Shown here: in pieces, positions 24,572 through 35,791 of the stretch
Layout of the letters: the number at the start of each line of letters is the position of its first letter
Numbering within the stretch: the stretch's first letter is position 1
NCBI RefSeq assembly: GCF_006345805.1
Contig: NC_043009.1
Span: forward strand, 37,510,001 to 37,574,000
Source: Octopus sinensis
Taxonomy: Eukaryota
Direction of reading: 5' to 3'
DNA length: 64,000 nucleotides
Program-made: the position numbers and the translations under genes
Notes under the pieces: generated by a model
Databases searched by the model: none
What the model saw: only the letters and a program-made list of their open reading frames with translations
What the model was told of the DNA's origin: nothing

Positions 24572-26539
24572 TTGTATCAGACAGCCAGAAGGGAAGCTAG
24601 GAGACAGGTTTATTTAGCCAGAGGGGAAGCGGATAAGAAAAAATTTGCCAATGTTCTGAGCCGTGAGGATGAAAGACTTGAGGTATTTCGTGTTGCAAGA
24701 CAGTGTGTGAGAGAGAATCGTGATGTGGTAGGAGAGAAGTGTGTTCGCATGGATGATGGTTCACTTGCGCTAAATGAGGATGCAAAGAGAGAGGTTTGGA
24801 GATGCCACTATGAAAGGTTGCTGAATAAAGAAAATGAATGGGATAAAGAGAGTCTGCCGAATGTTGACCCAACAGAGGGACCAGCTATCCGAGTTGATAG
24901 TTCCGTGGTAACTAAGGCAATTAGAAGCATGAAGACAGGGAAAGCCCCAGGCCCATCAGGAATTACTGCAGAGATGCTCAAAATATCTGGCAGTGTCGGC
25001 TATAACCTAGTCACCCGTATAGCCAACCAGGTGATACACGAAGGAGTCATACCCAATGACTGGTGTAGCAGCATACTAGTCAACTGCTACAAAGGTAAAG
25101 GTGATGCCCTAGATACAAATAATTACAGAGGTATCAAGCTGTTGGATCAAGTAATGAAGGTTACGGAGAGGGTCATAGCCCAACTAATTAGAGAGAGAGT
25201 TAGTTTAGATGAGATGCAGTTTGGGTTCGTGCAAGGGAAAAGTACCACGGATGCTATATTCCAGCTGCAGGAGAAATACCTAGCCAAAGATAAGCCCCTG
25301 TACCTGGCTTTTGTTGACATGGAGAAAGCTTTTGATAGGGTCCCCCGATCCCTTATCTGGTGGTCAATGAGGAAACTAGGGATAGATGAATGGCTGGTGA
25401 GGACTGTGCAAGCCATGTACAGAGATGCCGTAAGTAAGGTTAGGGTTAGCAACATGTACACAGAAGAATTCAAAGTAGAGGTTGGGGTCCACCAGGGTTC
25501 AGTACTCAGCCCCCTCCTATTTATCATAGTCCTACAGGCAATTACGGAGGAATTCAAGACAGGTTGTCCCTGGGAGCTCCTCTACGCTGACGACCTTGCT
25601 CTTATTGCTGAGTCACTATCAGAGCTGGAGGAGAAGTTCCAGGTGTGGAAGGAGGGTTTAGAATCGAGGGGCCTTAGAGTCAACCTAGCTAAAACCAAAG
25701 TACTAATAAGTAGGAAGGTAGACAATCCACAAATGTCTTCAGGAAGATGGCCCTGCTCGATCTGTAGAAAAGGTGTAGGTAGAAACTCTATAAGATGTAC
25801 CCAGTGTAAGCTATGGACACATAAGAGGTGCAGCAATGTCAAAGGTAGGCTAACTGGGAAGATAGTTTTTGTATGTGGCAGATGCTCAGGAGCATTAACC
25901 TCCGAAAATCTGCAGAAAATAACTTCAGTCACTTTCCAAGGGGAAAAACTAGAAGTAGTTGATAGCTTCCGTTATCTAGGTGACCAAGTCAGTAGTGGGG
26001 GTGGGTGCGCTGAAAGTGTAACTGCTAGAATAAGAATAGCCTGGGCAAAGTTTAGGGAGCTCTTACCTCTGCTGGTGACTAAAGGCCTCTCGCTCAGAGT
26101 AAAAGGCAGACTGTATGATGCCTGTGTACGAACAGCCATGCTACATGGCAGTGAAACATGGGCCGTGAGTGCCGAGGACATGCGTAAGCTCGTGAGGAAT
26201 GAAGCCAGTATGCTCCGATGGATGTGTAATGTCAGTGTACATACTCGACAGAGCGTTAGCACCTTGAGAGAAATGTTGTACCTAAGAGGCATCAGTTGTG
26301 GTGTGCAAGAGAGACGATTGCGCTGGTATGGTGATGTGGCGAGAATGGATGAAGATAGGTGTGTGAGAAAGTGCCAATCCTTAGCAGTTGAGGGAACCCG
26401 TGGAAGAGGTAGACCCAGGAAAACCTGGGACGAGGTGGTGAAGCACGACCTTCGGACTTTAGGCCTCACTGAGGAAATGACCAGCGACCGAGACCTTTGG
26501 AAATATTCTGTACGTGAGAAGACCAGGCAGGACAAGTGA
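24572..26539 (+). CDS. RTE reverse transcriptase (655-aa open frame, partial) with PHD-like zinc finger
   Basis: GKAPGP, NYRGIKLL, FVDMEKAFD, GVHQGSVLSP, LLYADD; CSIC..CTQC..H..C..CGRC finger; GRGRPRKTW. Probable in-frame 3-aa loss at DAIF^QLQEK. Confidence 0.9.
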   Translation: MYQTARREARRQVYLARGEADKKKFANVLSREDERLEVFRVARQCVRENRDVVGEKCVRMDDGSLALNEDAKREVWRCHYERLLNKENEWDKESLPNVDPTEGPAIRVDSSVVTKAIRSMKTGKAPGPSGITAEMLKISGSVGYNLVTRIANQVIHEGVIPNDWCSSILVNCYKGKGDALDTNNYRGIKLLDQVMKVTERVIAQLIRERVSLDEMQFGFVQGKSTTDAIFQLQEKYLAKDKPLYLAFVDMEKAFDRVPRSLIWWSMRKLGIDEWLVRTVQAMYRDAVSKVRVSNMYTEEFKVEVGVHQGSVLSPLLFIIVLQAITEEFKTGCPWELLYADDLALIAESLSELEEKFQVWKEGLESRGLRVNLAKTKVLISRKVDNPQMSSGRWPCSICRKGVGRNSIRCTQCKLWTHKRCSNVKGRLTGKIVFVCGRCSGALTSENLQKITSVTFQGEKLEVVDSFRYLGDQVSSGGGCAESVTARIRIAWAKFRELLPLLVTKGLSLRVKGRLYDACVRTAMLHGSETWAVSAEDMRKLVRNEASMLRWMCNVSVHTRQSVSTLREMLYLRGISCGVQERRLRWYGDVARMDEDRCVRKCQSLAVEGTRGRGRPRKTWDEVVKHDLRTLGLTEEMTSDRDLWKYSVREKTRQDK

Positions 26540-26584
26540 GCCCAGCCCACTTATGAATGCCTTTCCTCCCTTGGACACAAAGAC

Positions 26585-27130
26585 CTGTTGAGGCAAGCGA
26601 AGTCGAAATCGAAGTCAAAATCAAATTGAACCAGCCAGGATTCCTGGTCTGGTGGTACGTAAAAAGCACTATCCGACTCGTGGCCGATGCCAGCGCCGCC
26701 TCCACTGGCTTCCGTGCCGGTGGCACGTAAAATACACCAATCTGACCGTACGACAGGCACCCATGCCAACCCCCTTGCTTGCGAAGACATGTTGGGGCAA
26801 GCGAAATCGAATTGAACCAGCCAGGTTCCCTGGTCTGGTGGTACGTAAAAAGCACTATCCGACTCATGGCCGATGCCAGCACCGCCTCCACTGGCTTCCG
26901 TGCCGATGGCACGTAAAATACACCAATCTGACCGTACAACAGGCACCCATGCCAACCCCCTTGCTTGCGAAGACATGTTGGGGCAAGCGAAATCGAAATC
27001 GAATTGAACCAGCCAGGATCCCTGGTCTGGTGGTACGTAAAAAGCACCATCCGACTCGTGGCCGATGCCAGCACCGCCTCGTCTGGCTTCCGTGCCAGTG
27101 GCACATAAAATACACCAATCCGACCGTGGC
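26585..27130 (+). repeat. ~186-192 bp tandem unit (about 2.7 copies) in the RTE 3'UTR
   Basis: aattgaaccagccagg at 26624, 26810 and 27002. Confidence 0.93.
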
Positions 27131-27909
27131 CGTTGCCAGCCTCACCTGGCACCTGTGCAGGTGGCACGTAAAAAGCACCCACTACACTCACGGAGTGGTT
27201 GGCGTTAGGAAGGGCATCCAGCTGTAGAAACACTGCCAGATAAGACTGGAGCCTGGTGCAGCCTTCTGGCTTCCCAGATCCCCGGTCGAACCGTCCAACC
27301 CATGCTAGCATGGAGAACGGACGTTAAACGATGATGATGATGATGAATTTAAAAATATTTAGCCACACTTTAATGTAAAGCAAAATACATGACTTATTGA
27401 TGAAAACCAGTTAAAACAAATTTTAAACTTTAAACTTACTATCTAGCGTTGTAAAAAAACCTATCTCATAAAACGTGATATATACAATAAATAAATAGAT
27501 ATATGTATTTAACGATAAGAATAAAAATGTTAAAAAAAAACGTGACATAATATGCTATTCATATAGGGTGGATTATATCGGGATGACCTTTTATTAATAA
27601 CTAAGAATTGTACCAATAGAACACTAGAAATATATAAGAAGAAAATATATAGTTTTTTTAAAAGATATAGATTAGGTATTAGTATAGATAAAGTGAACTA
27701 TAATGTTAATTATTTAGATGCTAGTTTTAATTTAATAACAGGTAAAACCCAACCAATCCATAAAATTAATGAAGACCTTAGATATATAAATGCTAATAGT
27801 AATCACCCACCCTGGGCAAGTGTCTTCTACTATAGCCTCAGACTGACCAAAGCCTTGTGAGTGGATTTGGTAGACGGAAACTGAAAGAAGCCCGTCATAT
27901 ATATATATA

Positions 27910-27953
<44 letters not shown>

Positions 27954-28994
27954 TCCCCCCAACATCGCTTGACAACCGATACTGGTGTGTTTACGTCCCC
28001 GTCACTTAGCGGTTCAGCAAAAGAGATCAATAGAATAAGTACTAGGCTTACAAAGAATAAGTCCTTGGGTCGATTTGCTCGACTAATGACTGTGCTCCAG
28101 CATGGCCACAGTATTTCCGGATAATTTCTTTTCCTCCTTCTATTGTGGTAAAAGTTTGGTATATACTCAAAAACATTCATAAATTTCTATCCTTTTGTTA
28201 TAATATTCTTCTTAATAATTCTCTGAATAACCCTAAACTTTAACTGTATACAATATAGCAACATTGTTTTAAATATTTAACTATAGTACCACATGATAAG
28301 ACTTCCCCTGTTTCATTATCAATGGTCTGCTAGTGGGCGACCCCCTTAATTGTCAGCTAACATCTTGTTTCAAAATTTCCTTTACCAAATCTCATGATAT
28401 TGCTTCAAATAAATCTTGATTTTTATGATTATACCAACTATGATGTCTGTCTGCTCCCTCAGATACTACCCCCTGTTCTCTCAGCCTTAAATATACAAGG
28501 GTTTAGATAAACTAGTCAATAAATTAAAACTGACCCATAAAAAACAAAAAAAATCAGTGACAGGCAGAGTCTGTAACAATGTATATATTCTTGAAAAGCT
28601 TAGTAACTTCTATGCTTGAGTAAGAACAGCATGTTCTTTGTCTATCTCTTTAACTTCTTGGAGATTTTAGGTATAATTATACTAATATGTCCATCTGTTC
28701 TAATTTAATTAAATTCTATGTCTGTGCAGCTGAAGATTGCTCTGCATTTTAAATTGATGTAATTGTTGCATTGTTCAACTAAATGGAGTTGCATGAAACG
28801 ATCGAACTGCATTACCTCTGGATATCCTTGTTACTTATTTTGATTTTAATCACCTTACATTGAAATTGTATGGATAATACCGTACTAAATTCTGGTGCTT
28901 CAACTTAAGTACCATATTCATCTGAATCTAAATTTTTGCTGAACTCATATACATATATATAGATAGATATATGTATGCATGTATATATGTAATT

Positions 28995-29049
28995 TGAGAT
29001 AATAGTTTCACTATGTATATATTATATACATAGTGAAACTATTATCTCA
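28995..29049. repeat. Perfect 55-bp palindrome (27-bp arms, 1-nt centre)
   Basis: tgagataatagtttcactatgtatata-t-tatatacatagtgaaactattatctca. Confidence 0.9.
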
Positions 29050-29059
29050 CATTAGAGAT

Positions 29060-29276
29060 GTTTCTGTTTCAGTTTTGACATGTAATTCTGAAACAGTGTA
29101 AGAGATTGATCTGGGCTTGCATTAGGCAAGAAGTCAAAAATTTCTTTGGCCTATGACACTCCATGTACTCTAAGTAGTATATGAGTAAAACTTGAATGAA
29201 ATCAGTTGGGTAGTTCTCAAGTTTAAGTGATGCACACATAGACAGACACACATTCTCAGTTTTATATATATATAGA
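29060..29276 (-). mobile_element. 5' part of a non-autonomous Helitron
   Basis: Minus strand begins TCTATATATATATAAAACTGAGAATGTGTGTCTGTC, like the 5' end of the 30462-30762 element. Confidence 0.5.
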
Positions 29277-30130
29277 TATAAGAAGTTGAAAATGCACTGG
29301 GATTCATTTAAATTCTTTATTTTCAAATTTTTTAAGACTTAACTGGTTTCACAGGTTTCTCTGATTTTCAAAAGTTGAGATAGAAAAACATGGGGTTATG
29401 CTGCAACTGTCTTGCTTTTATAGAGAGAATGTGACTCAAATTAGTATCCATTTTGGATACATTTTTGACTGGTCGAGGATGATCTCATGATCAGGTTTAG
29501 AAATTTTCGCAAGTTCTCAGCTGTTTTCCTTTAATATGTGACAATATGCTTTGAGTCATTAGTTAAAGCAGCCACGGTTGACTGAACATATTGACAGTTC
29601 CTAGCAATCTAGGCTGTCTGAATTTTATTTATCAAATGCAGTAGAGGAAGATCCCATGACTAGTAGTAATCTTTGATATTTTTGTAGGTGCCCCATTACA
29701 CCAATGCTATCATGTGACACTATTTTTGCACTGAAAAATCAAAACTGGCACAGTTAAATGAACATGTCAAGTGACCATCCCAAAATAAGGTTCTCTAAAT
29801 GTAATCTGTCAAGTGGTAGAGTGGACAGGAGCTGTTTCTATGAAGCCTGGTGGTTGAATAGTTATGGTTTGTGCCTATGTTACAGGTATCAAATTTTGCT
29901 ATTAAATATCTTTTTTCTAAAAGGGATTGTTATGAGACATGTTCACTCAACTGTGACAGCTTTAAACCAAACATATTGTCACATAACATTAAAGAACAGG
30001 CATAGCCCAGAAAGCCCATCTCTGGGGATGTTGCAAGTCAACAAGAGTTTTCTGGAAAAGAGTTTATAGGAAATGTGTGTATCTTTAAGGTTGGTGCTCT
30101 TGTAAAAATGGAATGTGTGTAGTGCTACTA

Positions 30131-30943
30131 CCGTATATCCTCAAGTACAATCCGCATTTTTTCCCCAAAATTTAGAAGTCAAAATCCCTAGTGCATACTA
30201 TATACGAGGCTAAAAATGAAAATTATTTTCTAAGCAATGTCCAAGTCTCTATTTGCTGTCCAGCAATTTTTATTCAGACGCATTTTGTGATGTCAGGTGC
30301 AAAAATACCTTAAGCTAAGCCTGAAAGCAATGAAGTCATAAAAGAATCATCCATAACTTGTAGTAAGCAACAGTTATTAAACGTTATTACTGTTATTTCT
30401 TTATTTTCTGCAAACAAAATGCACAAAAAAGCTACACGTTTGCATTATGTTATATATACAACTAGCAGTATCGCCCGGTGTTGCTCGGGTTTGTAAGGGA
30501 AATAACTATACAAGCATTTATAGACAGTTACTTCCCTTATATAAACCAAGCGAAAATGCATTAAAAATGCGGAAAAATTATGGAAAATTTTTTTTTAATT
30601 CGTAGACTCATCGTAGACGCGCGCTAATACCCAGAAGGGCTCAATATGAATCACGACTATAAGATACCCGGTTTTGGTTAAACTGCACCGCAAAATGTGG
30701 GAGTAGTTAGGAATCTAAATCGAAAGGAGACAGACACACAACTTCACTTTTATATATAAAGATAATAATAAAGAACGTTACCGTGTACATTTTTACAAAC
30801 CAAGGACGTTATATAGACCTCCTTGACTCAAGTTAGAGAAGGGGTGCGTATTATACACAAGGTTTAGGTCTTTCAGAGGTACAGTCCCCTAAAAATCCCC
30901 TGCGTATTATACTCAAGGGTGGATTATACTCGAGAATTTACGG
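30131..30943. mobile_element. pogo/Tigger-type MITE, TA TSD
   Basis: TA-CCGTATATCCTCAAGTACAATCCGC vs reverse complement TA-CCGTAAATTCTCGAGTATAATCCAC. Confidence 0.8.
30462..30762 (-). mobile_element. Complete non-autonomous Helitron (301 bp) nested in the Tigger-type MITE
   Basis: A|TCTTTATATATAAAAGTG ... ACCCGAGCAACACCGGGCGATACTG-CTAG|T. Confidence 0.85.
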
Positions 30944-31303
30944 TATATGTATAACAGCTGCAGGGGGGAGGGGGCAAAAGGCTACATACACATTTGTGTT
31001 TTGCCCGTGTTTTCTTTCTTTTATGTTTTGGTTAAATTCTTGTATGCATGTGGTGTGTGTAGGGGTACAATATATGTGGGAGCTTATATAGGGAGTGGTG
31101 GAAAATGGTCTAGTTGGTGGATGTCCACTGTGTTAGGGTATGTATGTATGCTCTGGTCAAACTCTTTGCTGGATTCCCAGATATTGGTGGTGGTGGGTGG
31201 GTGGGTGGGCTGAAACAGAGGGGCTGGTGATTTTAGTCATGATGGAGCACGCATGTATGATAGGATGTACTTCTTTTTGTATGGGCAAGGATATATATAT
31301 ATA

Positions 31304-31385
31304 CTAGCTTAAAAGCCCAATAGGAGTCTGTGGAGGGCTCTTCATTGGGCCTTGAGCCCAACAATGACACTTCATGCTTTGAGTA
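31304..31385 (-). mobile_element. Isolated 3' terminus of the 1102-2430 element family
   Basis: ctagcttaaaagcc..ggagggctctt..ggccttg.gcccaacaatgacacttcatgc shared with 1102-1210. Confidence 0.7.
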
Positions 31386-31546
31386 TATATAAAATTTTAT
31401 TAAACTTGACCAATATTTTCAAACAACGAACAATTTTCATCGAAACAATGACATAATTTGTTGACTTGAAACTTATTGCAAAACTGCATGATAAACATTT
31501 TTTGTCTTCCCATTCAGGGGTCAGTACAATTTCTTTTCTGTCTAAC

Positions 31547-31584
<38 letters not shown>

Positions 31585-31999
31585 GCTGATTGTTTTCAAC
31601 TATCACCATCACCACCACAACTGCCATACACACACCATTCAGACTTCTGATGCCACCACCATCAATACCATTGACTTCGCCACCTTCCCCTCCACCATCA
31701 CTTGCTTTCTTTCACATCGCTTACTATCACCGTCATCCCTGAACGCCTGGGCTGCCACCACCACCACAATCATCACCATCACCTCTGCTTCTATCACAAC
31801 TACAGCACATACTATTACTATCTCCCTGTTACCATCACAACCATCTACTACCGCCCTCACCATCTCTATGCCTACTATTACTCTCACCCCAGCAAGAGGA
31901 ATATTAGAAGTGTCATTGAGTAGTGAAAGAGGGGGTCAAAGTATGACGCACTGACACAGAGAAATTCATTTTGGCATTTGTTATTATAGATGTGTGTAT

Positions 32000-33130
32000 A
32001 TCAGCTACTTCTAGGTATTCTCCTTGGCATTTGATGGGGTGTATTTTCTGTACTTTTCTCGTGTTTATTGTATCTGTGCACCTGCCACACACAAAGACTA
32101 TTTTCCCTGTTAACCTTCCTCTGAAGTTGCTGCACCTCGTGTGTCCATAGTTTGCACTGGGTATATTTTATGGAGTTTCTACCTACACTTTTTCTACATA
32201 TCATGCAGGGCCATCTACCTGAAGGGAATTGTGATTTTGTCCCCTTTCCTAAGGCCCTTTGGTTCTAGACCTTGGTTCCACACCTGAAATTTCTTCTCTA
32301 GTTCTAGAAATTCAGCTATAAGAACAAGGTCATCAGCATTGAGGAGCTCCCAGAGGCAGTCCAAAATAAATTCTTCTGTTATTGCTTGGAGGATTATGAT
32401 GAACAGGAGGGGCCTGAGGACTGATCCTTGGTGAACCCCTACTTATACCCTGAATTCATCACTATACTTGTTGCCAACCTCCACCTTACTGATAGTATCA
32501 CTCTACATGGCTTGTACAGTTCTCACCAACCACTCGTCTATCCTTAGTTTCCGCACTAACCACTAGAGAAAGAAGTGGGGGGGACCCTGTCAAGGCTTTC
32601 TCTATGTCGACAAAAACCAAGTACAGAGGTTTATTTTTGGCTACGCACTTCTCCTGCAGCTACCTTACCAGAATTATGGTACCAGTAGTGCTCAATCCTG
32701 ATACAAAACCAAACTGCATCTTATCTAGACTAACTGACTTCCTAATTAAATGGGCTATGAACCCCTCCATAACTTTCATCATCCAATCTAACAATTTGAT
32801 ACTTCTGTAATTATTTCTGTCTAAGGTGTCACCTTTACCTTAGTAACAGCTAACTATGATGTTGCTGCACCAGTCATTGGATGTGACTTCCTTGTGTACA
32901 ACCTGGTTAACTATATAGGTGATTAGGCCATAACCCACACTACTAGATATTTTAAGCATCTCAGCAGTGATTCCTGATGGGCTAAGAGCCTTCCTTGTCT
33001 ATATATATATATATATATATATATGATGGGCTTGTATGTGTTATTATCTATCAAATACACTATATCTGCATCTCTGATCATGAGCAGATGTACTGGGGGA
33101 CAGCATAGCCATGTGTTGAGAGGGATTCTT
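32000..33130 (-). pseudogene. Degenerate RTE RT fragment
   Basis: Reverse-complement similarity to 24900-25950 (PHD finger ICRKSVGRNSI.., DRVP, HQGSV regions), with many stops. Confidence 0.85.
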
Positions 33131-33310
33131 TGGAGTTTGAATAAATGTAGCAAAGACTAAGTTTGAAGGTGATATTCGCCATTTTTCATACTGTCTAGGG
33201 GTAAGCAAATAGGAAATAAGTTGCTACACAAGAACAAAAGTCGTTACACAATGTTATCTAAGAATGGGTGGGAATGAGCAGAAAAGAGAAATAAAGATGA
33301 TGGTTATGAG

Positions 33311-34766
33311 GTATTTTAGAGCGACCGGAAAGCTTTTTTTTTTACCCAATTTTCAATGAATTTTTAAATGTTTTCTTTTCGTGTTACATCACTTTTCAAG
33401 TTAGATCACATGTCTGGATCCTAATGAGGTGTCAGAATAGGTAGCAGAAGAACGTGAAGAGAAGCCGGATCAAGGTTGCAAAAGTGTATGGGAAGAGTAA
33501 TATAAATATATTGTTATATATAATTACATCTTCGACCTTAAAAAAATTGAAGCATTTCTAATTTTTTGAAAATGAAACATTACAACACCAATGTTTTTTC
33601 TTATTTAATATACTTTTATTATAGAATTATTGAAAAAAAAAATTCGAAAAACCATCCAAACATGAAAAATTATGGAAAGGTGTAGGTGGAGAGCAAAAAA
33701 TACAGATTTTAAAAAAGGGCAGATACGTAATCTTCAATGTTTAATCCTTTGGACACATCAAGTCCAAATATTGTTTTGCATCTAAACTGGCCAGATCTGG
33801 CCTCTTACACCAATCCTACAATATCATTCTAAAAGTAAACAGTCACATAATCGAAATCTCAAAGCAATGAAATAATGCATGTTTAATTCAAAATAATATG
33901 AATAAATAAGCATTACATTTGACAGAGTAATTCGAATGCTAGAGGGTTAAAACATACATCCAAAAAAATTACTGTTTTGAACAAACTAAATTTCCAACTC
34001 TATAGAATTATCTATATAGGCGCAGGAGTGGCTGTGTGGTAAGTAGCTTGCTAACCAACCACATGGTTCCGGGTTCAGTCACACTGCGTGGCACCTTGGG
34101 CAAGTGTCTTCTGCTATAGCCCCGGGCCGACCAATGCCTTGTGAGTGGATTTGGTAGACGGAAACTGAAATAAGCCTGTCGTATATATGTATATATATAT
34201 ATATGTATGTGTGTGTTTGACAACCGATGCTGGTGTGTTTACGTCCCCGTAACTTAGCGGTTCGGCAAAAGAGACCGATAGAATAAGTACTGGGCTTACA
34301 AAGAATAAATCCCGGGGTCGATTTGCTCGACTAAAGGCGGTGCTCCAGCATGGCCAGTCAAATGACTGAAACAAGTAAAAGAGTATGCATGCATACATAT
34401 CTGGGGGCGGGGGATAGGCGCACTCCATCAGATGAGATCGTCTGAGAAAAACAAAATCTCAGTGAGCATTACATTAAATCCCATAGCTCTGCACTCGAAA
34501 TATTGGTTTAAAAATAATCCGTTATAGGGTTGGCGACAGGAAGAGCATCCAACAGTAAAATACAGCTTCAAATAAAGACCCGTCCAACCTATACCGGCGT
34601 AGAAAAACAGACCCACACTATATACAGGTATACCCCCAACTAAAGTCGGTAAAAGGTTCCAAGACATGTCATCTAAACTTGAAAAATGACGTAACACGAA
34701 AAGAAAACATTTAAAAATTCATTGAAAATCGTAAAAAAAAAAAGACTTCCGGTCGCTATAAAATAC
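33311..34766. mobile_element. Foldback-type element with ~110-bp terminal inverted repeats, carrying nested inserts
   Basis: 33311-33420 matches the reverse complement of ~34660-34766 (gtatttta.agcgaccggaa..ttttcaatgaatttttaaatgttttcttttcgtgttac..). No TSD identified. Confidence 0.75.
34019..34383 (+). mobile_element. tRNA-derived SINE (family B), full length
   Basis: Same head, body and tail as 16186 and 43505. Confidence 0.92.
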
Positions 34767-34924
34767 TATACTTTGAATATTTAAACAAGGATTCAAAAAG
34801 AGATACTGTTAAGATTTTTTTTTAAAAGGCCCTAAAAATAACAAAATAAAAAAAAAAACATTTACCTGATTGACGGTGTTGATGAGCTTGATTTAGACAG
34901 AAGTGGAGGTTGGAGAGGCGTGGA

Positions 34925-35791
34925 TTATGGAGTTGACATTGAAGTTGAAGGAATCGGTTTATCATCAGACTTTTCCAATTCGGACCTTCGACTTTCAACG
35001 TACAGTAATAACTTCTCTAGAGTACCTTGAATGGTTTTACTCTTCATGTCTTCCAGGATAACCCTATAAGGAACATACGCGTCGTGAACAGCTCCCATGA
35101 TTTTAGCAAAGCGCTCAGCATTAGGATCCATCTCCTCGAAAAGGGTTAGTGATTTTTCCATGTATACAAAAGCTTGCTGCATTTTGTTGATGGTAAAGTG
35201 CCTAAGTTCTGGTTCCGGTTGCTGTGCCTCCTCTTGTTGTTGCTGTTCATGAAGTTTCATCAGCTCTTCATTTGTGAGCGGTTGCTTGTCAGCATCGGTT
35301 ACTGCCGATGTACTTTCGCCTGGGACCTTAACGTTATAAAGATTGTGTCGCTGCTTGAATCGCATAAACCATCCTGAACTGGCCTTAAAATCCTCTGTCA
35401 CGTTGTCGGGATACTTCTTCTTAAGGTCGTTGAACAATGAAAGCGCTTTCTCTTGAATTATCATCTGGTTTATGGGATTACGCTGACGAGTCTGCCGTTC
35501 AAGCCAAAAGGAAAGCAGGTGTTCCATTTCTTGGATGATTTTACCTCTTTTCTTGGTGATTACGGTACTCTTCATCCCCGGAGCAGTCTCTTGGATATGA
35601 GTTAAAATCCTTTCCTTGTCGTGAATAATTGTAGATACGGTCGTTCGACTTAAGCCATAAGCACGCGCTATCGCTACCATTTTTTCACCTTTTTCATAAC
35701 GTTTAATCATTGCCAATTTATACTCCAAAGAAATAGCATGGCGCTTAGGACCACCAGGACTAGATTTAGCAGGAGCTTTCTTGCGGGGCAT
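34925..35791 (-). CDS. Tigger/pogo-derived CENP-B-like protein (288 aa): HTH_psq + CENP-B HTH + C-terminal helix, DDE domain absent
   Basis: MPRKK..ISLEYKLAMIKRYEKG..IARAYGLSRTTVSTII; MEHLLSFWLE..IIQEKA..FKASSGWFMRFKQRH..VPGESTSA fused in frame to LTNEEL..FEEMDPNAERFAK..YRVI. No stops or frameshifts. Confidence 0.8.
   Translation of the reverse strand: MPRKKAPAKSSPGGPKRHAISLEYKLAMIKRYEKGEKMVAIARAYGLSRTTVSTIIHDKERILTHIQETAPGMKSTVITKKRGKIIQEMEHLLSFWLERQTRQRNPINQMIIQEKALSLFNDLKKKYPDNVTEDFKASSGWFMRFKQRHNLYNVKVPGESTSAVTDADKQPLTNEELMKLHEQQQQEEAQQPEPELRHFTINKMQQAFVYMEKSLTLFEEMDPNAERFAKIMGAVHDAYVPYRVILEDMKSKTIQGTLEKLLLYVESRRSELEKSDDKPIPSTSMSTP

Larger units (their letters stand above)
24560..27345 (+). 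mobile_element. RTE-clade LINE, 5'-truncated (no APE), with complete 3'UTR and (GAT)n tail
   Basis: RT ORF plus a 3'UTR ending CCATGCTAGCATGG..GGACGTTAAAC(GAT)n. Confidence 0.95.

Noticed and set aside
25147-27311. Antisense ORFs over the RTE and ORFs over RTE tails elsewhere (e.g. MLAWVGRF..)
   Set aside because: Shadow frames of the RT ORF or non-coding repeat tails.
28330-28760. Possible hAT dimerisation or Penelope RT remnant (TLPVT, GSP motifs)
   Set aside because: Isolated short motifs among stops, with the expected neighbouring residues missing.
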